Under the pieces are notes generated by a model that saw only the letters and a list, made by a program, of their open reading frames with translations, was not told the origin of the DNA and did not search any database. A stretch of DNA of 64,000 nucleotides from IMG/VR virus record IMGVR_UViG_3300045988_091501, positions 46,226-110,225 of that record; one strand, given 5' to 3'. This stretch comes from a virus. Made by a program: the position numbers and the translations under genes. Each line of letters starts with the position of its first letter. Position 1 is the stretch's first letter. Shown one piece after another: positions 43,903 to 53,751 of the stretch.

Positions 43903-45588
43903 CTAAAACAAATCATCTTTACAAGGTCTATTATAACATGAAATTTCATATTTGTCAATAATTATTTGATAAGTTTTTTTACCATTCCATTCATTTATGT
44001 TTAATTCACCTACACAATCCATCTTTAGCTTAGTTTTGCTTGGTTCATTTACAAACACATCATTTTCATAATAACCTAATTGTAAATTTCCCTTGTCTTT
44101 TTTTAGACAGTTAAAAATAACAACATCAACACCTTCTTTATGTAACTTTAATGTGCGTTTATTCTTACCAATAATCTGCCATTCTGAAGGAGTAAATACA
44201 ATATTAGTAATGTGCCACAAAGGTTTTTCTAAGCCTTTGCCCCACAACACACTGTAAGGTTCAAATAGACCAAATAATCTTGCAGGTATAGATTTTATTG
44301 AATAAGACTTTAGAACGTCTATATGGGGCGTATATGAAAGTTCAAAGGTATTGTAGTAGTCTACAAGTGCTTGAATGTTATCAACTTGAATTTGAACACC
44401 GCAAGAATCTTCGTGACCACTAGCCCAATCAACTAATTCATTATTATCCAAATCTTCCCTTAATGGAATAGGACTTCTTAATGAACCAATCATTATATCA
44501 CCTTTAATAGATCCGACTATTGTAGGCTTGTTATCACATAATGTCTTAATCTTGCCAGCCAACAATCCACTATAAGAACGTGGTACATCATCACTTGCAA
44601 ATACAATCAAATTGTTCTGTCCACAAGACAATATCGTGTCTATATTGTTCTGAACCACATCGTTCACAATCTTAATCTGATTTTGATGTGATTGCTCTAC
44701 CATATCTAATGTTTCATTTATATCACATTGACCGATAAAAGCAAGAATAAGCTGTTGTTTTAATTCTATATCGTTACAACGACATACACTATTTATTTTA
44801 GGAATAATCTTAAAACCAAGGTCACGTTGAGTATAATCGCTACCGATAAACCTATCAATCATAGCACCAAGAAATTCATTATTTACACAATCTCTTGTTT
44901 CAAGTCCGAAATGATAATACTCTCTATTCTCCATTTCTGACATAATCATACTATCAGATACAAGACTTAATGCTACTAAGTCTATGAAATATCCCGACCA
45001 ATCTAAGCCGAGTTGATTGTCTAATCCTTGTAAGAATTTATGTGTGACTAAAGCACCGCTACCATTTCTTGATACATTATATCTCAGGTCTTGATTATTT
45101 ATAAGACACCCTTTACCAATTGGTGTAACTATGTCATGGTGGTCTAAAACAATAAGCCCAATACCAAGTCCACACAATTCGTCTGCTTGTTCACAATTAT
45201 TTGTTCCAGCATCAGGAATAATCACAAGGTCAGGTCTTTCTTGTCTAATTCTGTCCATAATATCTTCATCATCAAGTCCACGTTGTTTACCGCTATGAAT
45301 AAGAATCTTAATAGTCCACTTGTCACTTAATTTCATAAGATATTGATATAAAATTACAGTAGAACATATGCCATCTCCATCACCATCTTGAATAATAAAC
45401 AATGTACTATCTAATTTAGACCAATATTCAATTTCTTGACAAGCATATGGAATATCTTCATATTTCCACCATTCATCAAGATATTTGCCAGTGGGATTAA
45501 GATATTCTTTCGTATCTTTAACCCCACATTTTTCTAAATACGACTCTACTGTTATAGGCTCATTGCCATATAATTCATTTACTTGCAT
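43903..45588 (-). CDS. DHH-family phosphoesterase (RecJ-like exonuclease)
   Basis: IIQDGDGDGICS, IIPDAGTNN and LDHHD motifs. Confidence 0.55.
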   Translation of the reverse strand: MQVNELYGNEPITVESYLEKCGVKDTKEYLNPTGKYLDEWWKYEDIPYACQEIEYWSKLDSTLFIIQDGDGDGICSTVILYQYLMKLSDKWTIKILIHSGKQRGLDDEDIMDRIRQERPDLVIIPDAGTNNCEQADELCGLGIGLIVLDHHDIVTPIGKGCLINNQDLRYNVSRNGSGALVTHKFLQGLDNQLGLDWSGYFIDLVALSLVSDSMIMSEMENREYYHFGLETRDCVNNEFLGAMIDRFIGSDYTQRDLGFKIIPKINSVCRCNDIELKQQLILAFIGQCDINETLDMVEQSHQNQIKIVNDVVQNNIDTILSCGQNNLIVFASDDVPRSYSGLLAGKIKTLCDNKPTIVGSIKGDIMIGSLRSPIPLREDLDNNELVDWASGHEDSCGVQIQVDNIQALVDYYNTFELSYTPHIDVLKSYSIKSIPARLFGLFEPYSVLWGKGLEKPLWHITNIVFTPSEWQIIGKNKRTLKLHKEGVDVVIFNCLKKDKGNLQLGYYENDVFVNEPSKTKLKMDCVGELNINEWNGKKTYQIIIDKYEISCYNRPCKDDLF

Positions 45589-45914
45589 GGTAATTCTCTT
45601 ACTCTTCTAATAATGTCACAAATTCCTCTGTGATTAAAAGCTCCATAAAGAATATTTAACACATCGTCTTTACTTATCAGTTCTTCATTATAATCATCTT
45701 TTAACTCAGTAAGTTCTAATGAGTTTTCCATATAGTAAAACCCACCGATATATCCATCTCCTAAATCAACAAGATAACCGTTTACACCTTCATCATCAGA
45801 AAGGTCTACAATTGTTCCAATTCTATCAATATTATTTACCATGCCATCATCAGACCATTCATCCATATTTAAGATTTTAACCTTATCTCCAACTTTAAAC
45901 TTATAATCACTCAT
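45579..45914 (-). CDS. hypothetical protein
   Basis: ATG at 45914 lies 9 nt after GGAGG (the track start is TTG). Confidence 0.6.
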   Translation of the reverse strand: MSDYKFKVGDKVKILNMDEWSDDGMVNNIDRIGTIVDLSDDEGVNGYLVDLGDGYIGGFYYMENSLELTELKDDYNEELISKDDVLNILYGAFNHRGICDIIRRVRELPCK

Positions 45915-46479
45915 TATCAATTACCTCCACTTCATATCCTAATGCTTCGCTAATTTGTGCTAATGTCATCTTCTTAGGCTCTTTACGTTCCCAAATACAA
46001 GTAAGATAAATGTTGTCAAACAAATCTTCTAACGAATAAGCCTTGGATTCATAAATTTTCATAATGTCATAATCTTCTACATAATATCCATTTTCATTTA
46101 ATTTTTCATCATATGTTGCTTTAAACCAACCATCAAAATTAGAACAAATTAGTCCATCACTTCTCTTTCTTAATAAATATCTATTTCCGTTTCTACACTC
46201 AACAATCATACCTTCTTTTAGCTCCATTTTATTATCCTCCTTATATTCTACAACTGTTACTTCATTTGGCTTACTAACCACATCTCCGTAATATAAGTGC
46301 CTCCCACTATAAACATAATAATTTCTTTTGTTTTCTTTCCAATAAGTAGTGTTCTCATCACCATAGCACCATTTAATCCCACGTTTGTAACACTCTTTTA
46401 TAAATTCTTCTGCTTTTCCTTCTGTTTTGCAATGCACTGCAATCTTGCTATTTTTAAAATCTTCCCAATTAAATTCCAT
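45907..46479 (-). CDS. hypothetical protein
   Basis: 190-aa ORF. Confidence 0.65.
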   Translation of the reverse strand: MEFNWEDFKNSKIAVHCKTEGKAEEFIKECYKRGIKWCYGDENTTYWKENKRNYYVYSGRHLYYGDVVSKPNEVTVVEYKEDNKMELKEGMIVECRNGNRYLLRKRSDGLICSNFDGWFKATYDEKLNENGYYVEDYDIMKIYESKAYSLEDLFDNIYLTCIWERKEPKKMTLAQISEALGYEVEVIDNE

Positions 46480-46481
46480 TT

Positions 46482-46850
46482 CTATTCCTCCTTTTCTTCT
46501 AACAAATCAATAATTACACTTGTTTTAAATACATATGTTTCATTATTCTTATATTTAGATTTTTTTGATAAATCAGAAATCGACTTCAAAGATTGTAATT
46601 CTTCCTTAACAATCCTTCTTTGTTCACTGATTTCTTTTAATTTTTTCATTAGTTTTGCACTAATAATTGCGTCACATTTCTTCATTTCAATATAGTGCAA
46701 AATATCCTCTCTTTGCAAATCATATTCAGATTGTAATTTTGCAAGTTCTGACTTTCTTTTGTTTACTTTATCAAGAAAATTATTATATTCTAAAATCCAT
46801 TCAGCACCTTTGCAAGAATGTTCTTTTTCTTGTAAAATTTTATTGTTCAT
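46482..46850 (-). CDS. coiled-coil hypothetical protein
   Basis: 122-aa ORF with GGAGG RBS, 25 nt from the -10. Confidence 0.65.
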   Translation of the reverse strand: MNNKILQEKEHSCKGAEWILEYNNFLDKVNKRKSELAKLQSEYDLQREDILHYIEMKKCDAIISAKLMKKLKEISEQRRIVKEELQSLKSISDLSKKSKYKNNETYVFKTSVIIDLLEEKEE

Positions 46851-46874
46851 ATTCTACCTCCATTTGATATATGT

Positions 46875-46903
46875 ATTATACCATATCAATCAATATTTGT
46901 CAA
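46875..46903 (-). promoter_or_regulatory. consensus sigma-A promoter overlapping the 3' end of 46886-47143
   Basis: TTGACA-17-TGGTATAAT. Confidence 0.75.
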
Positions 46904-47143
46904 TGCCAATTTCAAATTATTTAATCTTTCTTGTTCTTTTTTAACTTTTTCTTCTTGTTTCCTAATGATGTTTTTCAGTAATTTTTTCTTGTAATATTCT
47001 TCTTTTTCTTTTGAACAATAATAACATTCACCAGATTTCTCTTTAATAGTACAATATAAATGTTGAGTAGCATAATTACAATTTAAATCTTTAATCTCCC
47101 AAGTTCCATCATAATATACAATTACTGCTGACATTTCTTTCAT
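46886..47143 (-). CDS. hypothetical protein
   Basis: 85-aa ORF with GGGAG RBS. Confidence 0.6.
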   Translation of the reverse strand: MKEMSAVIVYYDGTWEIKDLNCNYATQHLYCTIKEKSGECYYCSKEKEEYYKKKLLKNIIRKQEEKVKKEQERLNNLKLALTNID

Positions 47144-47172
47144 AATTTATTCTCCCTTCATTTGATAAACCA

Positions 47173-47201
47173 ATTATAACATAAAAATCCAGTCTTGTCA
47201 A
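47173..47201 (-). promoter_or_regulatory. consensus sigma-A promoter
   Basis: TTGACA-17-TGTTATAAT. Confidence 0.75.
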
Positions 47202-47211
47202 CTGGATTTTT
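47183..47211 (-). terminator. terminator hairpin with the -35 hexamer in its loop
   Basis: AAAAAUCCAGU-UGACAAG-ACUGGAUUUUU, an 11-bp perfect stem. Confidence 0.7.
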
Positions 47212-47218
47212 AATAAAT

Positions 47219-47602
47219 TTAGAAATTAACATTTGCTAATATATCATTCAATTCTTTCTTTGTTGTTTCGCCTAACTCTAAATCAAGAATAATTTGAGCA
47301 ATTTTATCATCACACTCTTTTCTTAATTTTCTCTCTAACTCATATCTTTTATCTCTTCTTGTATTGTCACCTAAATAATAAAGACGACAATCAATAATCT
47401 CAGCATCCTTCCTTTGTAACATACCGTACTTTTCTGCAATTTGTCTTGCCTTGACATTTGTTTCATTAACTAATGCTTTAATTTCATCAATCATCTTATC
47501 ATAATCTTCTTGATAATCATTAGGAATTAAATCAAGTTTCTCTTGATACTTCTTTGTTACCTCTCTTGTGATATAATCCTTAATTACTCCTGTTACTCTC
47601 AT
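47219..47602 (-). CDS. hypothetical protein
   Basis: 127-aa ORF with AAAGGAG RBS. Confidence 0.65.
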   Translation of the reverse strand: MRVTGVIKDYITREVTKKYQEKLDLIPNDYQEDYDKMIDEIKALVNETNVKARQIAEKYGMLQRKDAEIIDCRLYYLGDNTRRDKRYELERKLRKECDDKIAQIILDLELGETTKKELNDILANVNF

Positions 47603-47619
47603 TGTTTAGTCTCCTTTCT

Positions 47620-48171
47620 TTAAATTCCATACTTTTCAAATAAATTTCTTTGTGGTGCAAATTCACCAAAATATTCTTTTTCTGCTCTTAATCTTGCTAT
47701 AATGGCATCTTCTAAATTCTTATAAGAACCTAAGTTAATCTTTTTATGATTATAACCTATTCTTGCAACATAACTATTATGTTCTATACTTACACCCATA
47801 AAAGGACACTTGCTATTTTTAGGTTTCGATTGATTGTTGCTATTTTGTTTGGGAGTGCATATCCTTAAATTTAATTTTCTATTGTCTAAACGATTATTAT
47901 TGATGTGGTCTATATTTCTCTCTTTATCTTCAATACCCATAATTATGTTATGTAGCCTTACTAATTTTTTATTTTTGTAATCTCTTGCTCTAACATATAA
48001 ATTATCTATACTCCAACAATATTCCTTAATTTTATCATAGTCTTCTAAATCAAAATAAAATTTTTCACCTTTAGAAGTATACCCAATTCCGTATTCACCA
48101 GTTAAATCGTAAGTATTATATCTTTTATTTCCATGCAAAGTTAAATTACCACCTCTAATCTTCGTATTCAA
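47620..48171 (-). CDS. HNH endonuclease with AP2-like domain
   Basis: NIDHINNNRLDNRKLNLRICTPKQN (HNH). GVSIEHNSYVARIGYNHKKINLGSYKNLEDA (AP2-like). Confidence 0.7.
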   Translation of the reverse strand: MNTKIRGGNLTLHGNKRYNTYDLTGEYGIGYTSKGEKFYFDLEDYDKIKEYCWSIDNLYVRARDYKNKKLVRLHNIIMGIEDKERNIDHINNNRLDNRKLNLRICTPKQNSNNQSKPKNSKCPFMGVSIEHNSYVARIGYNHKKINLGSYKNLEDAIIARLRAEKEYFGEFAPQRNLFEKYGI

Positions 48172-49678
48172 TCTTTAACTTATCTACATTGATAGGATTG
48201 TTTTGCTTATCAGTACAAAACATATCTAATGTTCTACTTGTCGATAAATCAATATACTGAAATACTTTAATATTCTTTGGATATTTACTACCACGACCTT
48301 TAATAATATGTATGACATTGTTTGGATAAATTGTACTACCAAATGATTGTTTATTATTCTTACAATTCCACTTGGCAATAGCAGATTCAAGTTGTGACAG
48401 TTCTTTCTTTGTTGGTGGTAACATAATCATTGTTCCATCTGTTTTACGCACTTGGGATTTACCACCAGCTAAACAAGATTCTGTTGGATATTCCATATTA
48501 TCTTCTTGTCCATTTGTTTGAACGGCAGAAATTAAACTAACTCCACATTCACGTTGTACTTGTTTAAGCCTATCTGTTAATGCAAGCAATACCATATCTT
48601 CTCTTTGTGGTACTTTTGTTTCACTTGATATTTCTTTACTTACGAACCCATTATTACTAATGTAATCATAGCATATTGTTTTAACATTTTTATTTAAAGC
48701 ATAGTCTTTAATCGTTTCAGTTAAACTTTTTGTCGTAAACTCTGGATCGTCACAAATATATAACTCACTGTCAAGGAGAATTTCATTTGCTTTATCAACT
48801 CTTTCTTCTTCACCTTCTTCATAACTGCCATCAATAATATGATTTCTTGGAACACCACTTATCCATGCAATAATCATAGGGTCAAGTTCATCTCTTAAAT
48901 CAAGTTCTGTATTTATAAATAATCCAGCACCCTTTCTTGATTTATTTTTAACATAGCATTGTTTGTTTAAATCATAATATTCTTTAATTGTAGCTTTACA
49001 TAAATCGCCCATAGAAAGAATAGATTTGCCACCACCGCTTTTTGCTCCACGAATGATAAAACCATACATACCTCTATAAATACCATTGAGATATTCTGAT
49101 TGAAAACTATTGCCAATCAAAGGTGATTCTTTGAATCTTTCTTTAGACTCCATAAAATCAGTCCCAGCTACATATTCTTCCTTTACACGTTTAACATTAA
49201 ATTGTCGTTTAATTCCTACTTGTAATCCTTCATAATAGTTAATAATATCCTCAATGCTATATTGGTTCAAATTCTCAAGTTGACTTTCTTCACTTTTATC
49301 TTCATCATAGAATTTCTTAATGTCAAACCCTTTTTCTTTATAAGCATTAAGACAACTGAATTTCCTAAACTCTGTATAATAGTATCCAAAGTTATCAACA
49401 TCTGTTAATTCAATAACTGTTGCTATATAATCTTCAAAATTGTTATCCTCTAACACGTTATATTCACTTACAAAAGGTTTAACAAACTCATCTATATCCA
49501 TGATACTAACGCTTTTACAACCGTTTAATGCCAAATTATATATCGTAGCATATAATATCTTTTGAAACAATATAGTCCATTCGTCTTTGTCAAGTGGATA
49601 TTTTGAATCAAGCGTTAATTCGGGTCGTTGTAAATAGCAACCAAGTAAACGGTCGTTTATAGTATGATTAACCAACAT
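48155..49678 (-). CDS. replicative DNA helicase (DnaB-like)
   Basis: 507 aa. N-terminal DnaB-like domain. Walker A GAKSGGGKS. Confidence 0.7.
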   Translation of the reverse strand: MLVNHTINDRLLGCYLQRPELTLDSKYPLDKDEWTILFQKILYATIYNLALNGCKSVSIMDIDEFVKPFVSEYNVLEDNNFEDYIATVIELTDVDNFGYYYTEFRKFSCLNAYKEKGFDIKKFYDEDKSEESQLENLNQYSIEDIINYYEGLQVGIKRQFNVKRVKEEYVAGTDFMESKERFKESPLIGNSFQSEYLNGIYRGMYGFIIRGAKSGGGKSILSMGDLCKATIKEYYDLNKQCYVKNKSRKGAGLFINTELDLRDELDPMIIAWISGVPRNHIIDGSYEEGEEERVDKANEILLDSELYICDDPEFTTKSLTETIKDYALNKNVKTICYDYISNNGFVSKEISSETKVPQREDMVLLALTDRLKQVQRECGVSLISAVQTNGQEDNMEYPTESCLAGGKSQVRKTDGTMIMLPPTKKELSQLESAIAKWNCKNNKQSFGSTIYPNNVIHIIKGRGSKYPKNIKVFQYIDLSTSRTLDMFCTDKQNNPINVDKLKIEYED

Positions 49679-49688
49679 AGTTCATCTC

Positions 49689-49850
49689 CTAAATAATTAT
49701 TGTTTTGACATTGTTTTCTATTTCAATATCACCCTCATCTGTAGTTCTTGACCCATAATAATACCCTCCACCATCTGCGTATTGAGCTTCAATTTCATAA
49801 TCTAATATATTTCTTTCTTTTGCGAAATCATATAATTCTTGTACTGTCAT
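49689..49850 (-). CDS. hypothetical protein (53 aa)
   Basis: Start MTVQELYDF after AAAGGAG. The track N-extension is rejected. Confidence 0.5.
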   Translation of the reverse strand: MTVQELYDFAKERNILDYEIEAQYADGGGYYYGSRTTDEGDIEIENNVKTIII

Positions 49851-49916
49851 TTTTTCTCCTTTCTTAATGTTTATTATAGTAAACCATAATGCCATTTTTG
49901 TATATAATAATAAACA

Positions 49917-50096
49917 TTACGTTTCAATTTCTTCTTTAAGCCATTCAATTTCCGCCTTTAAGGCATCTTCATAACAACAATATTTTTTACCATTGCTTAT
50001 TTTATATCTATAACCTAAAGGATACTCAGATTCTATCATAGAATGAGCAACATTTCCTATTGTCATTTCACTTATAATCTTTTCAAAATTTGTCAT
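49917..50096 (-). CDS. 59-aa hypothetical protein, absent from the ORF track
   Basis: GGGAGA RBS, ATGA overlap with the upstream stop. Verified codon by codon. Confidence 0.55.
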   Translation of the reverse strand: MTNFEKIISEMTIGNVAHSMIESEYPLGYRYKISNGKKYCCYEDALKAEIEWLKEEIET

Positions 50097-50314
50097 ACTT
50101 CATTCTCCCAAATAATACAAATCACACCATCTTCTCTAAATATTTTTCTTACTTCTTTTTCTAACAACTTATTAGGAATACTACCTACATTCTGATAGTT
50201 AATTCCATATTCATATAGTCTTGGTGTAATTGTCATATTCTTACAAATACTTGGGCATAACCAAAATCCTTTACTATCATGTTTATGCTGATTGCAAAAT
50301 TCTTTTACTGTCAT
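50093..50314 (-). CDS. hypothetical protein
   Basis: 73-aa ORF. Confidence 0.6.
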   Translation of the reverse strand: MTVKEFCNQHKHDSKGFWLCPSICKNMTITPRLYEYGINYQNVGSIPNKLLEKEVRKIFREDGVICIIWENEV

Positions 50315-50844
50315 GTTAGTTCTCCTATATCAATATATTTCTTTTTCTTATTACCACAACTTTTCTTAATCACAATTTCATTATCAGTAAAATCAAATTC
50401 ATCAATACTCTTTTCAATCTCTTTGGTCTGATTGAAATATTTTTCAGCTTCAATCCCATAAAAAGGCAATAATGATAAAATACTGCCATTTGATTCTTCT
50501 GAAAATAGATTAAGTTCTAACACTTCATACATATAGTATAGGATATATTGTAATGTTAAATAAGACCATACTTCATGTTCTTGTAAGATGTTTTTCGTCT
50601 GGCTCATCAACAATGTCCATGGCACTTCTGATTTATCATATCCATTGTCTAAGTATATTTTCAATATGTAATCAGTATAAACTCTTCTGTCACTTGATTC
50701 ACTTGGTTCATATTTAGCCTTTGCTTTATTTCTTTTAGCCATTACCTTATTATAACATTCTTCATTACAATAATAACTTGCTTTACCAACCTTATAAGCT
50801 GTATCTTTATCAAGTTGTTTACCGCAACAACGACATTTTGGCAT
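50311..50844 (-). CDS. zinc-ribbon protein near the replication genes
   Basis: 177 aa. N-terminal CRCCGK..CNEEC. Confidence 0.6.
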   Translation of the reverse strand: MPKCRCCGKQLDKDTAYKVGKASYYCNEECYNKVMAKRNKAKAKYEPSESSDRRVYTDYILKIYLDNGYDKSEVPWTLLMSQTKNILQEHEVWSYLTLQYILYYMYEVLELNLFSEESNGSILSLLPFYGIEAEKYFNQTKEIEKSIDEFDFTDNEIVIKKSCGNKKKKYIDIGELT

Positions 50845-51089
50845 TATAATTCAATCCCTTCGATTTCGGCTCTCATTTCAAGACAATATAAATACTGTCC
50901 CATTGTACTTGCTTGTTTCTTTAATAATTCAAGACTACAAGACGGCTCAAAATTCAAAGTATTAGATTCATATTTAACAATCATTTTATGCAACTTATCA
51001 TATCTAATCTTTGTTTGAAAATATTCTGCCTTAAATCTCTCTTTGTAATCATCACTTTCCATAAGTTTTACCGTATCTAATAGCTCCAT
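50844..51089 (-). CDS. hypothetical protein
   Basis: 81-aa ORF. Confidence 0.6.
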   Translation of the reverse strand: MELLDTVKLMESDDYKERFKAEYFQTKIRYDKLHKMIVKYESNTLNFEPSCSLELLKKQASTMGQYLYCLEMRAEIEGIEL

Positions 51090-51277
51090 TACTTTAATTC
51101 CTCCTTAAACTGCTTTAAAATTTCTAACATTTTATAGTCCTCAATATAGAATAAATCTTCAACTCTTGCAAATCTCTTAAAGTTTTCAACTAACTGCCCA
51201 AATCTCCAATCTGGAACAAGTTTCCAAATTTTTAATAATTCATTCATAAATGGTTCAATTCTGTTAATATCTCTCAT
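51089..51277 (-). CDS. hypothetical protein (62 aa)
   Basis: Start MRDINRIEPF after AAAAGGAGG. The longer track ORF would run through the promoter. Confidence 0.55.
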   Translation of the reverse strand: MRDINRIEPFMNELLKIWKLVPDWRFGQLVENFKRFARVEDLFYIEDYKMLEILKQFKEELK

Positions 51278-51301
51278 TGTTTGCCTCCTTTTCATAAACA
51301 C

Positions 51302-51330
51302 ATTATACCACATAATTTACTCGTTGTCAA
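51302..51330 (-). promoter_or_regulatory. consensus sigma-A promoter
   Basis: TTGACA-17-TGGTATAAT. Confidence 0.75.
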
Positions 51331-51333
51331 ATT

Positions 51334-52248
51334 CTAATCTGTTGTTTCAACTTTATATTTATACATTGCTTCATATAATTTTTGCGGTATTTTATCTTTA
51401 TATTCATCTGCAATTTGTTTAATATATTTTTCTTTTGTTTCTTTATATTTGTTAAAAGCATCTATTTCTTTTTCATAATAACCCAAATGTTTTGTGTTTC
51501 CGTTAAAATGAAAACTAGAAATATATTTTCCTTTAAACTTTCTAGTTCCAATTAAACAATTTCTTGTTTTATCACATTTAGTAAATAGGCTATTTATTCT
51601 TTGTGGAACAAATACACAAGTTTTTGGAGAATATAACTTATTTCCTTTAATAAGAATATCTTTGTCTAAACACATTGTTTCATTACCAATTTCATAATAA
51701 TTTTCATCATACCATTTTGCAAAATTGCTAAAGTTATGCCATTCTTCACAAACTGCGCAGTTTTGATATGTTTTTCTGTTATTTTTAAATTTTTCATTAT
51801 AGCATCTTGACATCATGCTTTCCCAATATTTAAAAGCTGGGTGATGATAAGCCATTCCATCTAGTTCACCTATAAAACCTACACCGTAAGTATTTTTAAA
51901 AAATGGATTTTTAACTGATCCTTTAATAAAACTATCATAATTTGAATGTTTTTTAAATTTGTATTCATCTTGAAATTCAATTATAATATTGGTACTATCA
52001 ATATAATTTACTATTTTCATTAAACAACCCTGATTATTTGTATTCATTTTATATAAACGATTTTCTTTTTTTAAATCTTTATTTTTAATGAGTCCATTTT
52101 TAAAATGGTCATATCTACTTTTTGTTTTATATTTATATCCAACAAAACCAACAACAATGTCTTTAGTATTATTATATTCTAAAATTTCCATCAAACAACC
52201 TTGTTTATTATAATTTCTTTCACCAACTCTATTGTTTAGTTTATTCAT
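51334..52248 (-). CDS. homing-endonuclease-like protein (full-length paralog of 61156-61677)
   Basis: Two N-terminal NQGCLM.I..Y repeats, the RCYN..CEEW module shared with 15329-15973, and an AP2-like C-terminus shared with 61156-61677. Confidence 0.5.
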   Translation of the reverse strand: MNKLNNRVGERNYNKQGCLMEILEYNNTKDIVVGFVGYKYKTKSRYDHFKNGLIKNKDLKKENRLYKMNTNNQGCLMKIVNYIDSTNIIIEFQDEYKFKKHSNYDSFIKGSVKNPFFKNTYGVGFIGELDGMAYHHPAFKYWESMMSRCYNEKFKNNRKTYQNCAVCEEWHNFSNFAKWYDENYYEIGNETMCLDKDILIKGNKLYSPKTCVFVPQRINSLFTKCDKTRNCLIGTRKFKGKYISSFHFNGNTKHLGYYEKEIDAFNKYKETKEKYIKQIADEYKDKIPQKLYEAMYKYKVETTD

Positions 52249-52459
52249 TTATTATCAATTCTCCATTATATTTAAAATTGTTATTAATACTTAATTCGCT
52301 TGCATAGTTAATAGTCAAGTCCATTTCCTCTTGTTCAGTTACATCAAATATAATATGACAATCATATACATATTGACCTTTTGGTTTGGTGAACATTACT
52401 ACATATTCGTGACCATGTATTAACCCATTTCTTGACTTATTCTTGTACTTTGCTTGCAT
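52241..52459 (-). CDS. hypothetical protein
   Basis: 72-aa ORF. Confidence 0.55.
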   Translation of the reverse strand: MQAKYKNKSRNGLIHGHEYVVMFTKPKGQYVYDCHIIFDVTEQEEMDLTINYASELSINNNFKYNGELIINE

Positions 52460-52616
52460 TATTCACCTCTGTATGTTCACAAGCCCAAACACTTGTCTGA
52501 GTTTGTATTGGGCTTGTTTTCATAGGGCAATCAATACAACCATCATGTTCTGCACACATTTGTAATATTTGACTTTGTTCTTGTATCATTTGACCCATAT
52601 CAATATTAAGTTGCAT
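52437..52616 (-). CDS. 59-aa Cys-rich protein, absent from the ORF track
   Basis: AAGGAGGG lies 7 nt upstream. Verified codon by codon. Overlaps both neighbours. Confidence 0.5.
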   Translation of the reverse strand: MQLNIDMGQMIQEQSQILQMCAEHDGCIDCPMKTSPIQTQTSVWACEHTEVNNASKVQE

Positions 52617-52797
52617 AAGCTAACCCTCCTTGCAATGTATCTCTATCAGCATACTTTAAAATAGGCACGAAAATTTTTTTGCCACAACAAGTGCAATATT
52701 CACCTATATAATCATTTTCACTGATTTCTTGATTGCAACAACCAGTTTTATAACACTTGTTATTTATATCATAAAACCATATACAATAATCAATCAT
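52606..52797 (-). CDS. Cys-rich protein (intact paralog of 53468-53734)
   Basis: MIDYCIWFYDINNKCYKTGCC...YCTCCGKKIFVP. Confidence 0.6.
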   Translation of the reverse strand: MIDYCIWFYDINNKCYKTGCCNQEISENDYIGEYCTCCGKKIFVPILKYADRDTLQGGLAYAT

Positions 52798-53057
52798 TCA
52801 ATCACCTCAATTTCTTCACACTGTAAATCTTCATCGTAACATACATAATCAAAATTTTTATCTACAAATTCTACAATATTTCCGTCATTGTCTTCGTGTT
52901 CTTCAATCCATTTATTCACTGCTTTTGTATTTGCAAAATACCCTAACGTAATGTCATGATTAACATAATTATCATAATAATCATCATATCCATCTTCATC
53001 AACATAATCACTTGGAATATATTCTTGTTCTAGATAATATAATCTATAAATTTTCAT
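52794..53057 (-). CDS. acidic hypothetical protein
   Basis: 87-aa ORF. Confidence 0.6.
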   Translation of the reverse strand: MKIYRLYYLEQEYIPSDYVDEDGYDDYYDNYVNHDITLGYFANTKAVNKWIEEHEDNDGNIVEFVDKNFDYVCYDEDLQCEEIEVIE

Positions 53058-53209
53058 TAAAATGCCCCTTCCATAGTTAATTTATCTTCATTTTCGTCAT
53101 CATAAAAATCTAATGCTTACTCGCAATTACAACCCTCACATAAAACATATCCATTTGGCATAATTTGTTCACAAGGAATTTCACCATATTAATACTTAGA
53201 TAATCATAT

Positions 53210-53455
53210 TTAGAAATAGCTTGTTTCTGCATTTTCTTTTAGACCTCTCTGCTTAATCATTTGCGTCAACACCCAATTATCCACACAACCATATTGACTT
53301 AATTCTCTAATCATCATAAAATCAGAATACATTTCATTGTATTGAGATAATAATTCTTTATCTCTATATAATGCGTTACAAATCGCAACTAATTCTGATG
53401 AATTTAATGTAATATTTACTTCATTCTTTGTTGAACCTACTGTATTTATTCTCAT
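53210..53455 (-). CDS. hypothetical protein
   Basis: 81-aa ORF with AAGGAGG RBS. Confidence 0.6.
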   Translation of the reverse strand: MRINTVGSTKNEVNITLNSSELVAICNALYRDKELLSQYNEMYSDFMMIRELSQYGCVDNWVLTQMIKQRGLKENAETSYF

Positions 53456-53467
53456 TTAATTTCCTCC

Positions 53468-53734
53468 TTAATTAGAAAAACTAAGACACTCTCCATCTTT
53501 TTCAATACAAGGAACAGCAATCAATTTACCACAATATGTACAAAATCCACCTCTTCTATTATTGTCAAATGAATAATTATGACAACATTCTGTATGGTAA
53601 CATCCATTTTCTCTATCAACCATTCAAACACAACACTCTTTTGGAATCCATCTACAAGATTCAATTCTTGAAACTTGATAATTACTTTCTAGTGCATTTC
53701 TTCTTAAATTTTTTAATAGCTTCTTGTTTGACAT
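53468..53734 (-). pseudogene. Cys-rich paralog interrupted by an in-frame TGA (or a read-through / two-cistron gene)
   Basis: One frame reads MSNKK...KECCV-TGA-MVDRENGCYHTECC...FCTYCGKLIAVP. The TGA at 53624-53626 aligns to Trp of 52606-52797. Confidence 0.5.
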
Positions 53735-53751
53735 ATACTTTCTTAACATTT

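Noticed and set aside
49873-49901. Possible extra promoter with a perfect TATAAT 23 nt before the ATG of 49689-49850.
   Set aside because: The -35 position reads ACAAAA and there is no TG extension. It does not belong to the consensus class and I cannot support it from sequence alone.
53058-53209. Possible decayed Cys-rich ORF (..GEIPCEQIMPNGYVLCEGCNCE-TAA-ALDFYDDENEDKLTMEGAF).
   Set aside because: No usable start codon or RBS in that frame, and it would need both a frameshift and a TAA read-through. It is too speculative to annotate.
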